Below, one piece after another: positions 25,401 to 38,617 of a stretch of DNA of 64,000 bases. The stretch is taken from contig OX597820.1 in NCBI GenBank assembly GCA_951406725.2, positions 105,400,001 to 105,464,000 on the forward strand. Direction: 5' to 3'. The stretch comes from Octopus vulgaris. Lineage: Eukaryota. The notes under the pieces are model-generated. The model searched no databases. It saw only the letters and a list, made by a program, of their open reading frames with translations, and was not told where the DNA came from. Each line of letters starts with the position of its first letter. Positions within the stretch are counted from its first letter, which is position 1. The position numbers and the translations under genes were made by a program.

Positions 25401-26197
25401 GCTTTGTAACATTTATTATTGAAATGTAAAACGTAAGGATTCGTTTGAGCGTCGGAAAGAATGCTGAAGAAAGAGAAGTTTGGCTAATAACAGTTTCGAT
25501 AGTTTTCAACCAGGATCCATATAACATTTTCTTGTTAAAATTTATGTGCAATGAATTGGCTCTATTTCTGCAACACGCAAAATACTTAGTTAACGTTTAC
25601 AAGTACACCGGCACGAAAAGATCGACCTTTTCTTTGCCCTTTTTAAAAATTCTTTCAGCAGATTCCTATGTTTTCGATGTCGGAGATTCTGAATATACCA
25701 AAAACTATGTTTACAACATTTTCAATTTATCCCCTCCCCACCCCAAATTTTAAAATTTTAACTTTTCTGCGAATTTTTTTTCTCCAATATACGTGGAAAA
25801 ATATGGAAAAAAAAAAGAAGAAAATTATTAATTTCAAATTTTCTATGAGGAAACTCCAAAACTGATTCATACACCCCTCGCCACCTCATCCCGCTGTCTA
25901 AAAGTGAAAGTGAACGGCTTGCAAATATGAAAGGCTACTAAATGTGAGAGAGCTGTCCTAATGTGAACATAATTGAGGGTCCAGCTATTCTTCTTGGAAG
26001 CAGTTAAGAATAAGACTGTGAAAGCCCTTTGTCCATCAGGAATTATTTCTAAAGTGCGGCCAATCTGGAGCATCGCCTCGAAGGGCTTTAGTCGAACGAA
26101 ACGACCCCTTATTTTTGAAGCCTAGTACTTATTTTATTCCCCCTTTTTTTGTTTCTTTGGTGAACCGCTAAGTTATGGGGATGTAAACACCGCAACA

Positions 26198-26330
26198 TTA
26201 GTCAAATAACGGGTTGGGTTCGAAATTCTACCAGAACACTCGATGATGGCTGGAGAGTACATCAGCCGAAATGTCGTGATAACAACAAACACGATGAGGA
26301 CACCTATCTCTCCATTGTAAATAATGTACA
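26198..26330 (+). mobile_element. 5'-truncated third copy of the 18548-19043 element with a decayed HHR
   Basis: ttagtcaaataacgggttgggttcgaaattctaccagaacactcgatgatggctg..cagccgaaatgtcgtgataacaacaaac..aataatgta, flanked by a gcaaca direct repeat inside a family-B SINE tail. Confidence 0.75.
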
Positions 26331-27053
26331 GCAACAGCGGTTATAAGCAGTGACTGGGTATCAAACACAAAGACACATACATACACACACACACATATAT
26401 ATACGCACGCATGCCGACTTCGGAGTTAGGAAGCACCAACAAGTTGGAATTTCTTCGTTTTGACGAGACTTTTCAGATTTCTTGGAAATGATCTGGAGTA
26501 TCTGTTTTACAAAAAACTTATCTTCCATTCTCGGGAACGATTGTGGGCACCATGCACTTAAAATTCAGGCATAACTACAGATTTCTGCCCCACCGACTTT
26601 GGATAATCATGACTTTCAGCAAAAAAATAATATTTTTTAATGAAAATTTCTACGAATGTGTGTCATATCATGTAGATTCTGAATATACAAACTTTTTTTT
26701 TGTGGGGAGCATAAACATATTATTGAATATGGTGTTTGCTTCTATCAGGACCGTTTACCTTTAAAACGAAAAAGCAAAACCGATGTATACGACATGTAAA
26801 ACATATTTCGGTGTAATGTCTCTCTTCATTCGCACTCGCACACACAAACCATTCATTTTCCCTTTTAGACAGCGAAATGAGGTGGCGAGGGCGTGTATGA
26901 ATCAATTTTGGAGTTTGCTCATAGAAAATTTGAAATCAATTATTTTTTCCATATTGTTAATCTCCGTATTTGGCGTAACTTCGGTATACGTACCGGAAGT
27001 ACTGGATACATTTCAAGAAAGTGTTTTATATATATATATATATATATATAAAA

Positions 27054-27091
27054 CTGTCTGATGAACGGCAACGAGAAACTCAGAGTAACAG
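27054..27091 (+). ncRNA. Hammerhead-like motif inside a (TA)n tract
   Basis: CUGU-CUGAUGA-ACGGCAACGA-GAAA-CUC-A-GAG-UA^-ACAG. Core and stems I/III present; stem II weak. Confidence 0.55.
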
Positions 27092-27123
27092 ATTTTGTTG
27101 AATTTTCTGCTGCTTAAAATAAA

Positions 27124-27158
<35 letters not shown>

Positions 27159-30100
27159 GGGTGGGAGAAAAAGAAGGTTTCTGTTATCTTCGCAAATGTA
27201 AACAAAGTCACTTACGGTACGTATACCGAAGGATCACCCCATATTTTTTCCACGTAGATTGAAAACAAACAAACAAAAAAAGAAAAAACTCGAAAAAGTT
27301 GAAATTAAAAAATTTGGGGCGGGGAGGGGTATTTGAAAATTTTGAAAACATAGTTTTGGCATATTCAGAATCTCCGTCATCGAAAACATAGGAATATGGC
27401 CACAGCTCATAAGCTGAAACTAGAATCAATCAATCAATCAAGGGAAAAAAAGGTTGATTTTTTTTTTTCGTGCCGGTGTACTTGTAAACATTAACCAAAT
27501 ACTTTAATTTCTTTTATACAATTCCTAATAATATTTAATTATTAAAATATAACGGGGTTTTTAAAACCTCCTGAGTAAAATAGGAATAAAAGGGGGTCTA
27601 TAGGTAAAAAAAACGGTTGAGAAACACTAATTTATTTGAAAGCCGCATATATATATGACTAAATCCTGAAATGACGAAGCCATCCCCTATTCCTCTTCCC
27701 CCAACACTTGTGCGTCATTAGATTCAGTCCCTCACCTACACCTTCCCTCTCACTCTCCTATATAGTCATGCAACCGCTGTCCACTCCACCCCAGTTCATC
27801 TGTCTCCTCTCACTTCTACTCATCTTGTGCCATAGGTAAATGACAGCTTCTGTTACCTTGATGTGTCAGCAGTGGTGGTGGTGTTCTGAAAGTATATAAA
27901 CAAGCTGGTGTAAGAATGGAATGATAATTTCTAAGGAGTTATCTGCAGGCATTCATCTGTAAAAGCCATGCCAAAACTGACAGTGAAGCTTGGTGCAGTC
28001 TCCTGGCTTGTTAGCCCCTGTTAAACTGTCCAATCCATGCCAGCCTGGAAAACAGACGTTAAATGATGATGGTGATGATGAGATATGTGTGTGTTTGTGT
28101 CTCCTTGTCTTGATATTGCATAGCTGTTATAAATGGATGTTCATTTATGATATTCTGTAAAAATATCTGGTCTTAGGGAAATATTACCTTGCTTGGAAAA
28201 AGGTGAGAGTTAGCAACAGGAAGGGCATCTTGCTGTAGAAAGTCTACCTCAAACTCCATCCAGCCCAGACTTGGAAAAGGGGAGGTTAAAATAATAATCC
28301 TTTCTACTAAAGGCACAAGGCCTGAAACTTTGGGGGAGAGAACTAGTCGATTACATCAACCCCAGTGTTTCACTGGTACTTAATTTATTGACCCTGCAAG
28401 GATGAAAGGCAAAGTCAACGTTCATGGAATTACAACTCAGAATGTAAAGACAGATGAAATACCACTAAGCATTCCGCCTGGTATGCTAACAATTCTGCTA
28501 GCTTGCCACCTTAAGGAGGTTAAAGTAATGATGATGGTGATGTATACATCCAATACGTCTATATATACAGATAAAATCAGAGTAAATGCCTGAGTAAGCA
28601 CTGAACTTACTGAACTTTGTAGATGTTGGAATGGATGGCATGAGCGGAGGGTAACGATCACACTGACTGTTTCCATATGACTTGTTCGTACAGGAATATC
28701 AAACCTATTCTATGTTGTGACTACACTATATTCACTTGAAACTACTTGTCTGGATACAATCAAGTGAATAATTGATTTTCTTACTCATTACAATTTTTTA
28801 AAACTTATTAATTAGTCACAGGTAGCAGAAGTGGTGCCCCTGATTTATACCAGCCAGCCCAAGCTGGTGAGATGAAGCCAGTCAGATGTTGAGCTTGAAT
28901 TTGGGTAGGTTAATGCCTGTAGGAAACAATGTGGGGAAAGAGGGTATTCTGGAAGATTGGTGTTTGGACAGATGTGTTAAATACAAGGGATTCAGGGGTA
29001 GTGAAACATAGTAAGGAGGATTATACGAGGAAAGGCTATGGAGCAGGACCCTTAACAGGGCTGTTGAAGCATTTCCAAAAGTGATAGTTACAGTAGTGGT
29101 AGTGATGGAGGCAGAGGTGAAGATGCTGGTGTTGATAATGGTGAATGACAAAAGATACATGAGTTGAGGAGAGAGATTTAAGAACATTCATTTAGGTTAT
29201 GGGTTCAAGTCTAGCCATATAAACTTTCCTCTGTTATGAAAATAAGGATGTAATACAACATTTCAAGATTTATTAAAGTTTTACTAACATAGTTGTACAA
29301 CAGCATAATAATATTGGTTTCAAAGTTTGTGCAAGGCCAGCAATTTTGAGGGAGAGGGTAAGTTGATTACATCGACCCCAGTAATCAACTGGTACTTATT
29401 TTATTGACACCAAATTGTATATTTCATGGTCCTCTATAAACTTCTAACTATCTGTGGATTTTTTGCAGCTACTGCTATTTTCTTAAATTTTTTGTTAACA
29501 AATGTGTATATATTTGTGTATGTGACTTCAAGGCATATATTTGTACTTTGTCTATTGAACTTGGGTAAAGGCTTCCCCCCCCCCCTGTTATTGTATTAAA
29601 GCTGATGGAAATGCAGCTTCATTATAGCATTGAATGAAATAACTTATTTGCTTCACCTCTCAATGTTGTGAGCTGAAAATTTCCTGGGGTCAAATTTGCC
29701 TTTCATTTTTATGGAGGTTGATAGAATAAGGTGTCAGTTCAGGTTAGTGCATTTGTAGAAATTGTTCAAGTGTTGGATGAAATACTTTACAATATTATTT
29801 CTGGGCACTTTATATTCCAAGTGCCCAGACGTAGAAGACTTACGTAGATCTAACCAGTGGCATGAAATCCACCTTTGTATTCTCTTATAGAAAATCCCAT
29901 TAGAAGCACAGAAGTGCTTTTCAAGGCAGTCAGTGGTGGGTAGGGTGGTGTGGAGGATCATACACTGACCTGATAACCTCAAGGAAGGAAAAAAAATGTA
30001 ATAAATGTATTTCAGTTGCTTTCATGGCAAATAAATAATTCTTATTTTTGGTACAAGGCCAGCAAATGTAAGGGAAGGGGTCAAGTTGATTACATTGGCC

Positions 30101-31216
30101 CTACTACTTGACTGATAGTCAGGTAGTAGGGTAGTTTGAAAAATTAGTATTCATATCATCATTTAGTATGAGAACCAAGAAATTTCATAAAAGTTAAATT
30201 AAAACTATTGTATGCATGCCACTTCCATAAGGTCAACAATGTTTTGGGTTGGGATTAGTCACTTACTTTGACCCCACTACTTGACTGATACTTTATTTTA
30301 TCAACCTTGAAAGGCAAAGTTAACCTTGGCTTTCTAATAATCATCATGAACATTAGTAATAGCAATAGTGTTCTCTCAGAAACCTTTTATCTTTTACTTG
30401 TTTCAGTCATTGGACTGTGGCCATGCTGGTGCACTGCTTTGAAAATTTTAGTTGAACAAATTAACTTCAATTTTTTTTTTTAAGGCCTGGTACTTATTTT
30501 CTTGGTGCCTTTTGTCAAACTGCTAAATTATGGGATGTAAAAAAAAAAACCAACACTAGTTGTGAAGCAGTATTGGGACATGGACACACACGCACACATA
30601 CACACACAATGGATCTTTCAGTTCTTATCTACAAAATCTACACACAAGGCTTTGGTTGACCTGAGTCTAAAGTAGAAGACAATTACCTAATGTGCTGCGC
30701 AGTGGGGCTGAACTCAAGTCATGCTGGGGAAGTAAACTTCTGAACCACACAGCTATGCTTGCACTTAAAAAGTAATCCGGTTTTCATCAATGTACTACAA
30801 CTCTCAATGTACCACCTGTTAAGCAGATGGGATAATCACTATACCATGGAACCACTAAATTTTTTCTTTTTACGAAACATTAATCTCAGCATCAGTCTGT
30901 TTAATATAGATTAGTTAAATGAGCATTTCATATGTTGTGGCTGCTGGGTTTATTTTCTACTTTTTTGTCCTATTAACAATCAGACCCTCAAAGGTAATTA
31001 ATTATTTATGATTAAGCCACCTTCTGTGGAGAAACTCAATAAGAGACATTCCTGAATGCAACATTTTGTTTACAAACAGCATTAATGATTCATTGATGGT
31101 ATTCTCATCACAAATCAAACCCAAACAAAAAACAAACATTAAACTGTAGTCATCTCTTGCTTTTAATTGTGTGTGCTTGTGGATGCGTGTATATATGTAT
31201 ATATGTGTGTGTATGT

Positions 31217-31275
<59 letters not shown>

Positions 31276-32325
31276 TACATGCACACACAGAGGGCAAGAG
31301 AAAAAAATCAAAGACAGGAGTAAATGAGAGTAGTTGTGGGAGGAATTCATCATCATCATTTAACATCAGCTTTCCATGCTGGTATGGGTTGAACTTATAT
31401 GAAGTTAAATAAGAAATTTGTTTTCTTTAAATTTTATTTCAAGGTAATAAATATTTTTTCTCATTTTGTTCAAGCAGCAATACATATGATAAAAGTCAAA
31501 TTATAATTAATGTAGTTATGCTGTATTTCCTGATATTACCCATGGTGACAAGAGAGTGGACTTTGTGGAAGATGGACGGGGGCAATAAGTACTGGGAATA
31601 TATGGGGGATTGAGATTCTCAAATGTCAAGGAGGATCCCTTGGCGCTAGTAGTTAGCTTCTGTTACCTAGGTGACATAATTAGCAGTGGAGGAGGATGTT
31701 CTGTGATCATAGTTGCAAGAATTAGAACAGGATAGAGAAGATTCTAAGAGCTATTATCTCTGTTGGTAACAACAAGCCTCTCTCTTAAAGGGCAAACTAG
31801 ATTGTAGGATGCTGTGTATAAACAGCAGTGTAACACGGTAGTGATATGTGAGTGTGTATGCAGAGGATGTCGAAGACTAGAAAGGAATGAAGCTAACATG
31901 CTCCACTGGATCTCGGTGTATACAAATGATGGAGTCCAAATATGCTGAGAAAAACTGGAACTGGGAAGATGTTGGACAAAGTTAAGACTGGCTTCATAAT
32001 GTTGAGCTCCATGCAAGAGATAACAGATTGCCATCCTTGTCACTAAGAGGGTATTGAATAGTCAAGAGGGAGTAGCAGATGGTGACTTTGCAGCTCTTTG
32101 TATTCATTAAAATTACACACTCAATGAAGCATGCTTGCTTCATTTCTTTCTGTTTTCATAAACCTAAATTCAAGTCCCATTTCTCACTGCCATGCAGCTT
32201 TGCATTTCTCACACAAGATCCTACAATCTACATTTCACTCTGGATGAGCAGCTCTTTATTGCTGGCAAGGGTTATAATTCCCCAGAACTTGTTTCACCCA
32301 GTTCTTACTCTAAATACTATATTAT

Positions 32326-32630
32326 CATCATCATTTAACATCTGCGTTCCATGCTGGCATGGGTTGGATCATGTGTGTGTGTGATGAAGGTGTAAGGTAA
32401 TGCACATGCACTCAGCTATGAGTGCATTGCATCTTATAGCAGAAACAGCTGTAAGCTAATGAAGTTCAAGACAATTACTTATTCCCTTGTCATTTATTTA
32501 ATTTCTTATTACTGCTCTATACTCGACTGACGCCTTGTTCTGAAGCATATGTATATTGAGTCCTAACACCAGCTTCTCAGTATCACAATGCATAAGCAAA
32601 ATAATAATATACATACATATACATACATAC
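32326..32630 (+). repeat. Inverted paralog of 12795-13036 plus 14324-14390 (empty site of the mariner insertion), containing a truncated HHR-like motif
   Basis: Near-identical reverse complement. Motif gUGAUGA-A-[long hairpin]-GAAAC-AGCU-GUA at 32381-32453. Confidence 0.85.
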
Positions 32631-32786
32631 CCACAAGTGGACTCTTTTTAAATACATACACGTGTGTGTATGTATGTATATGTATATATAACGGGAAGCT
32701 TATGAAAATAAACAAAAGACAAAGGCAGGTGGAGTACAAACAAACAATTTTATTAGTATGGTGCTCAGGAATAGAAATAAAACAAG

Positions 32787-32824
32787 TCTTTTACGTTTCG
32801 AGCCTACGCTCTTCAACAGAAAGA
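32787..32824 (-). ncRNA. Minimal hammerhead-like motif with variant core
   Basis: UCUUU-CUGUUGA-A-GAGC-GUAG-GCUC-GAAAC-GUA^-AAAGA. Perfect stems I and II and ACGU palindrome, but U at position A6. Lies in a ~210 bp element (about 32691-32902) between TA-rich microsatellites. Confidence 0.55.
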
Positions 32825-34154
32825 TACACAGAAAAGAAACACGGAGAGAAACAAGGAGAGAAAAAAAATGCGTGCAGGAGCTAACAATTTAACATGGCGG
32901 TCTATATGTATATATATATTGATGTAATTATTATATATTAATTTTATGTATGTGCATTTGCGTGTACTTGTGTGCATATTTCAAATTTACAATTAGTTTT
33001 CCATCTGGCTACCCATATGAACTGAAATGAACCTTGAGTAAACAGAATTTTTTTTTGTTTTATGTAATCAATATTGATTTCATTGATTAAATACGTAACC
33101 ATCATGTTCTTCTGAAACTGAACATTATGGACTGTACTTGCAGAAAACACATAACAATACAAACCAAAGAAATATAAAAAATACTGAAACTAAAACCAAG
33201 TTTGTCTGGCTACTTCAGTGAATCATAGCTACACCTAGAAACGTAAGAACATGGGTTTTCAGGTTCTAGATTGTGATGTGTGCCATCTCCTGCTACTTGG
33301 GAGACCAATTATTGGGGGTTTGGATTAAAAAAAAAGAGGAGGTGGGGGTGAGTGGAGATGGAAATAGAAGAGTGGTTAACAGAGAGAGAGAGTTACAGAA
33401 TGATAAAGAGTGCCTGTATGTGTAGAAGAAAGTGGGAAGTCATTCTTACATCAGACTCTAGTTAGAGTATTTATTTCAGTCTGGGTCTGTTTGTATACAC
33501 AAGTTGCTAACATTGTTCAGTCAACATCCACTTTCCCATGCTTGTATGGGTCTGATGGAATTTAGTGAAGCATTTTTTTGATTGGATACCTTTCCTGTTG
33601 CCAATCCTCACCTATTTCCAAGTAAGGTAATATTTCTCCATAGTCAGGAACGTTTTCACAAAATATTGGAATTAAACGACACCACTTGTATGAGAGTGGT
33701 CCTCATTTACAATTGTCACACAGTGTCAAGACAAGGTAACACAAACATGCACACACACACATACAAAATGCATGCACACTCACTAACACACACATACATC
33801 CAAAATACACGCACATACACATGATGGGCGTCTTTCAGATTTTTCCTACCAAATCCATTCACAAGGCTACAACTTCTTGTTGGCCCAAGGTCCCACACAG
33901 TGGGACTGAACCAGAAATCATGTGGTTTGGAAGGAAACATCTTAACCACACAGATATGAGTGTATGGTCTATGTTTGTATGTATACATGTGTATATGTAT
34001 GTGTATATGTGTGTGTGTGTGCATGTATGTGTTACCTTTTTAATTATTTGAATATCTATTTAATGGGGCTGGTTTTTAATGAAACTAAACTCCTTTGTTG
34101 GTATTTAGATTACAACAATGATGAAGAATTACATGTTGAATTTTAAACTCTTCT

Positions 34155-34386
34155 TATTTCTTTATTGCCCACAAGTGGCTAAACATAGAGGGGACAAAGA
34201 AGGACAGACAAAGGGTTTAAGTTGATTACATCGACCCCACTGCGTAACTGGTACCTAATTTATCGAAACTGAAAGGATGAAAGGCAAAGTCGACCTCAGC
34301 TGAATCTGAACTCAGAATGTAATGGCGGACGAAATACCACTAAGCATTTTGCCTGGCGTGCTAACGTTTCTGCCAACTCGCTGCCT
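34155..34386 (-). mobile_element. Family-A SINE, well preserved
   Basis: Reverse complement of the head and core seen at 4921. Flanked by a ttttaaactcttct direct repeat (34142-34155 and about 34390-34403). Confidence 0.85.
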
Positions 34387-35745
34387 ATATTTTAAACTCT
34401 TCTGCTTACAAATTGTATTTTCAAAGTGTGTGTTAGCTGGTTACTTTCTTTGCCTGAAAATCTCAGCTTTTTGAGTCTATTAATAATGCTGTTAATAATG
34501 TATCCAGTCACACCAATAATGATGGGTACAAATCTAAATCTGAGTAGAACTACATTTTGAAGCAGTTTTCATGATTTTTCTACCTCAAAGAACTATATCA
34601 GGTCTGTTATGGTCTGTGCATGCCATAGGTTTGAATGAATATATTCCACCAATATTCCTTGTACTGGTGCTTATTCATGTAGTCATTAATAGAGGCTTTT
34701 CTTTATCCTAAGTAATGTTTTCTATAAATGGCTTGATATATTGTTTTAGCAACAGCATGATGAAGCATTGGAAGGTTATACCTTAATGACATTTTTGACC
34801 AGCATTTCTTATCACCATGTCTTAGTATCTTCCACAGAAAGGTTACAAAATTAACATTTTTGATTGTATCTTGGAGAATTAAGTACTTTACTGTCCCTTT
34901 TGTTGAATAGACATTTTTGTTACTATTTTCAGCTCTTATATTGCATCATTATCATCATCACTGTTTAAAAGTCTACTTTTCCATGCCTGCATGGGTCATA
35001 CAGAACTAGTGGAGGCAGATTTTCTATGGTTAGATGTCCTTCCTGTGACCAACCTTCACTTGCTAATCTCCATTTCTGTCACTGTGCATCTCTTTCTCTA
35101 CGCTCTCCTACCATGCACATCATCTCTCTATTTTCTGATCTATCTACAGGTTTATTATAATGTTGCTCTCCACTTTACCTGTACTTCCACTTGTCACCTC
35201 CTTCCAGAGCCACCCCCATTACTTTCATCTTCTCACACTGATATTTACCTCCAGCTCTAACTATCTGTCACTCTTATACTTTGATAAACTTAACTGTCCA
35301 CCCACCCTTCTCACTGTCTGTTCCTCTTTTCTCTTATACCCATCTTATATCTTGAGGGTTTGTGCTGACACCTTGTCACCATCATCTTTATCTTCTTTGT
35401 AACTATTCCCACTCTTATATAATGAAGGGTAGCCATGTATCTATATAGCAAGACACAAGTGCCTGTTCCACTATCATATTTAAATCCCTCAAAACCTAGC
35501 ATAAAGCCATCTCCTTCTTTACTATACCCCCCACTAAATCACAATATCTTTTCTTTGTCTTGCAAGTTACTTGTGCTAGTGTCATGAAAAAACACCTAGT
35601 ACACTGAAAAGTGGTTGGCACTAGAAAGGGCATCAAACCATAGAAACTATGCCAGAAATCAAATTTATGAGTTGTGGCTCCCAACCTACTCGATAATAAT
35701 GATGATGATCGTTATTCCTGAATATATTAATATTATTGTTATTAT

Positions 35746-36032
35746 TGGCCTAGTGGTTAGGGTATTGTGTTCATGATCACGAAATTGTGGTTTCAGTTCT
35801 TAAACTGTGTGATGTGTTGTGTTCTTGAGCAAAACACTTCGTCTCATGTTGCTCTGTGATCACTTCAGTACCTGACATGTGGTACACCGTGCACCTGTTC
35901 AAGCAATGTCAATTTGATGGAGGAAGTGAGATAATGTACAGCAGATACATTTGATCACTGTAAACAAACCATTCGTGCAGGTTGTTCGCCAAAAGCTGAA
36001 CACTCTTATGTTGTCTTCAGTGAGAAAGGCCG
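35746..36032 (+). mobile_element. tRNA-derived SINE family D (second copy about 52345-52630)
   Basis: ggcctagtggttagg head, gtgttcttgagcaaaacact core, and body shared with the 52345 copy. Confidence 0.7.
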
Positions 36033-36296
36033 TCATTGTTATTTCATAATGTTTGATTTAACCCCATGCGTATGTCAGCTGTGTATATCAGCAGTACAAA
36101 TGTGTGTATGAATATGTGTACGTTAGTGCCTACTGTATATGTGTACACGTTTAGAATGAATGTATGTATGAGTGTGTGTGCATATGGATTATTAGAGAAC
36201 ATGAGTATGTGCATTCTTGTGTATGTATGAATGTGTGCATGTTTGTCTGGAAGAACATGAATGCATGCATGTATTTTTATCTAGGGCGTATGTATG

Positions 36297-36336
<40 letters not shown>

Positions 36337-36649
36337 TTATCATCATAGATTAATGTCCATTTTCCATGCTAGCATGGGTTGGATGGTTTAACAGGAGTTG
36401 GCCAGCTTGGGCACTGTCCAGACTCCAGTTGTCTGTTTGGACATGGTTTCTGTGGCTAGATGACCTTCCTAACATATGCTTTTGATATTTGTGTGTTTGA
36501 GCATGATGAGTGTATGCTAGTGTGGTTGCAACAGCATTGCTGGGTGGGGGGAGTGGCATTAAATTGAAGTTGGTAGTGTTAGTGGGGAGAAAGAAAGCGA
36601 AGAAAAGCATACATATGTAGCTGTGTTTGTGTGTGCGTGCGCACACCTA

Positions 36650-37855
36650 TATAGATGAATGTCGGAGGTTACAGGAGATGCATAAGCTTGGGAGGTCAGC
36701 CTGTGGTCTGCACAGGCATTGGTTGTTAGGAGGAACCCTGCCCTTGATTATGGGGCAGCCAATATTAAGGTGGTGTAGCTGGATTGTTTGGCGGCCAGTG
36801 GTTTGAAGTTCACCAGGAGGGTATAGCTCTGATGGCAGCAATAAGATAGTTTGTATTTCCTGTTGCTAGATACTGCAGGTTAGTGGAGAATATACAGTCT
36901 TATACAGAGACAGAGCTGGCAATTGTGGGTGCCCAGTGTATAAGATGGGGCCCTGCTGATGGTGGTCTATTCAATGTTGGGGGTTTCATTCCAGAGGAAA
37001 TGAGACAAAGAGGCAGAATTCTCTCTATCCCTGCATCTAAGTGAATGCATATGCTGCATGTACCTTCCCTTGAAATCATTGGCCATCATTCCTGTGTAGT
37101 GTCCTGTGGTGCCGTTGGATAGTGTGAGGTTGACTCTGTACATTATGGCTGTTCAGAGGCAGGATCCTCTTAGAGGGCAGCTGGTAGGGTTTCAGCAATT
37201 GCAGGTTGGATTTGGAGGTTTTGTGGGTGCATGTTTGGATCTATTGTAACTTGCAATGTTAGAAGTGATATTGTCTGAACAGGAGTAGCTCTCCTTGACA
37301 TTATGTAGGTTGAAAAGTTCATAGTACTTATGGCCCCTGGTGAAATGCTTCTTGAAGTTCCTAGCTATGTTGGTGGAAACTTCTTGGGTAAATGGTTGGG
37401 TTGAACTAGATTATCTTTCTCTTTCTGGTCCTCTTCAAGTGTAAGGGTGGAGGCTGGGTGGGGGTCCTCCATATGTGCTAACTTCTTGGAAAATCTGCTC
37501 TTTGCTAGTGTGTCATTGCAGTTGGGGTGGAGGCTTTTGAAGATCTCCCATTTGGCTAAAAGCTTAGATATTTTTCTGCTAATGCTTGAAACTAGGGTCA
37601 AATTGCAGTGGGTGGTGGGGGAGGTAGTGACTTGAGCTGTGGATTACAGTTTCCTAATTAGGTTTCCTGTAATGGTAGTACTTGCTTGTTTTCAGGTTTA
37701 GGGTCATATCTAGGGAGTTGGCCATAACTGTTATGGACATGCCAAATTCTTTGGATATTTTTATCAGATCCTTCCTAAACTTGATCATAGTGTAGCCATT
37801 CATATGGCTTGAGATTGCCAGTCTGTTATCTCTGTATAGGGCTGTGTGGGTATGT
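36650..37855 (-). mobile_element. Degenerate Penelope-like element (RT C-terminus and thumb, towards the GIY-YIG region)
   Basis: Manual translation: LYRDNRLAI..FRKDLIKISKEFGMSITV..LDMTLNLKTSKYYHYRKPN, SSISRKISKL, KHFTRGHKYYELFNLHNVKESYSC, NNQCL. These are PLE RT-type motifs with YRDD decayed. Confidence 0.75.
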
Positions 37856-38617
37856 ACATTTCTTGAGGGTATTCAAGATAAATAACCTGATGAGGTCTCT
37901 GTAGGAAACCTACGAAACTTTAAGTTGCATGAAGCTGAATCAAACTATTTTAAATAATAATATACGTAACTCCTAATGTAGTAAACTGGCAGAATGGTTA
38001 GCATGCTGGGCAAAATGCTTAGTGGCAGTTAATTTGTCTTTATGTTCTGAGTTCAAATTCTACCGAGGTTGACTTTGCCTTTCATCCTTTCAGGATTGAT
38101 AAAATAAGTGTCAGTTGAACACTGGGGGTCGATGTAATTAACTTACCCCCTACTCCAGAATTGCTAGCCTTGTTTCAAAATGTGAAAGTAATATATGTAA
38201 CTCTTACAAAATGGGTTCAGTACCTCTTTTTCATTTGTTCACTCACCTATATGTGTGTGTGTGTATGTATACATTTATACATTTGTACATACGTACATAC
38301 ATTCATTCATTCATTCATTCATTCTTCCAGTCATTGTATTTGCTTAGAAAGAAATTTGATGTGATTAAAGTATAATTCTAATATTATAAATGTTGAAAAG
38401 GAATAACAGAGTGAGTATCAATCATGCATTTATACTATAAACGATTATTGTCCTTATAGTGAAACCCAACACTATAAACATGGCATATTTGTTTTCTTTA
38501 GTTCTTTTGTCATTAATGACAAAGATGACTAATTTTTTTTGTTCTTTATATTTCAACACCTATGAACAAACTGATATCTGACTTGGATTTTTATTTGTAT
38601 CACAGGTTCATTGTGAA

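Larger units (their letters stand above)
25579..27504. mobile_element. Long-inverted-repeat (foldback-type) DNA element with nested insertions
   Basis: 25579-~25925 is an inverted copy of ~26845-27504 (gtttacaagtacaccggcacgaaaa / ttttcgtgccggtgtacttgtaaac). No transposase ORF seen. Confidence 0.65.
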
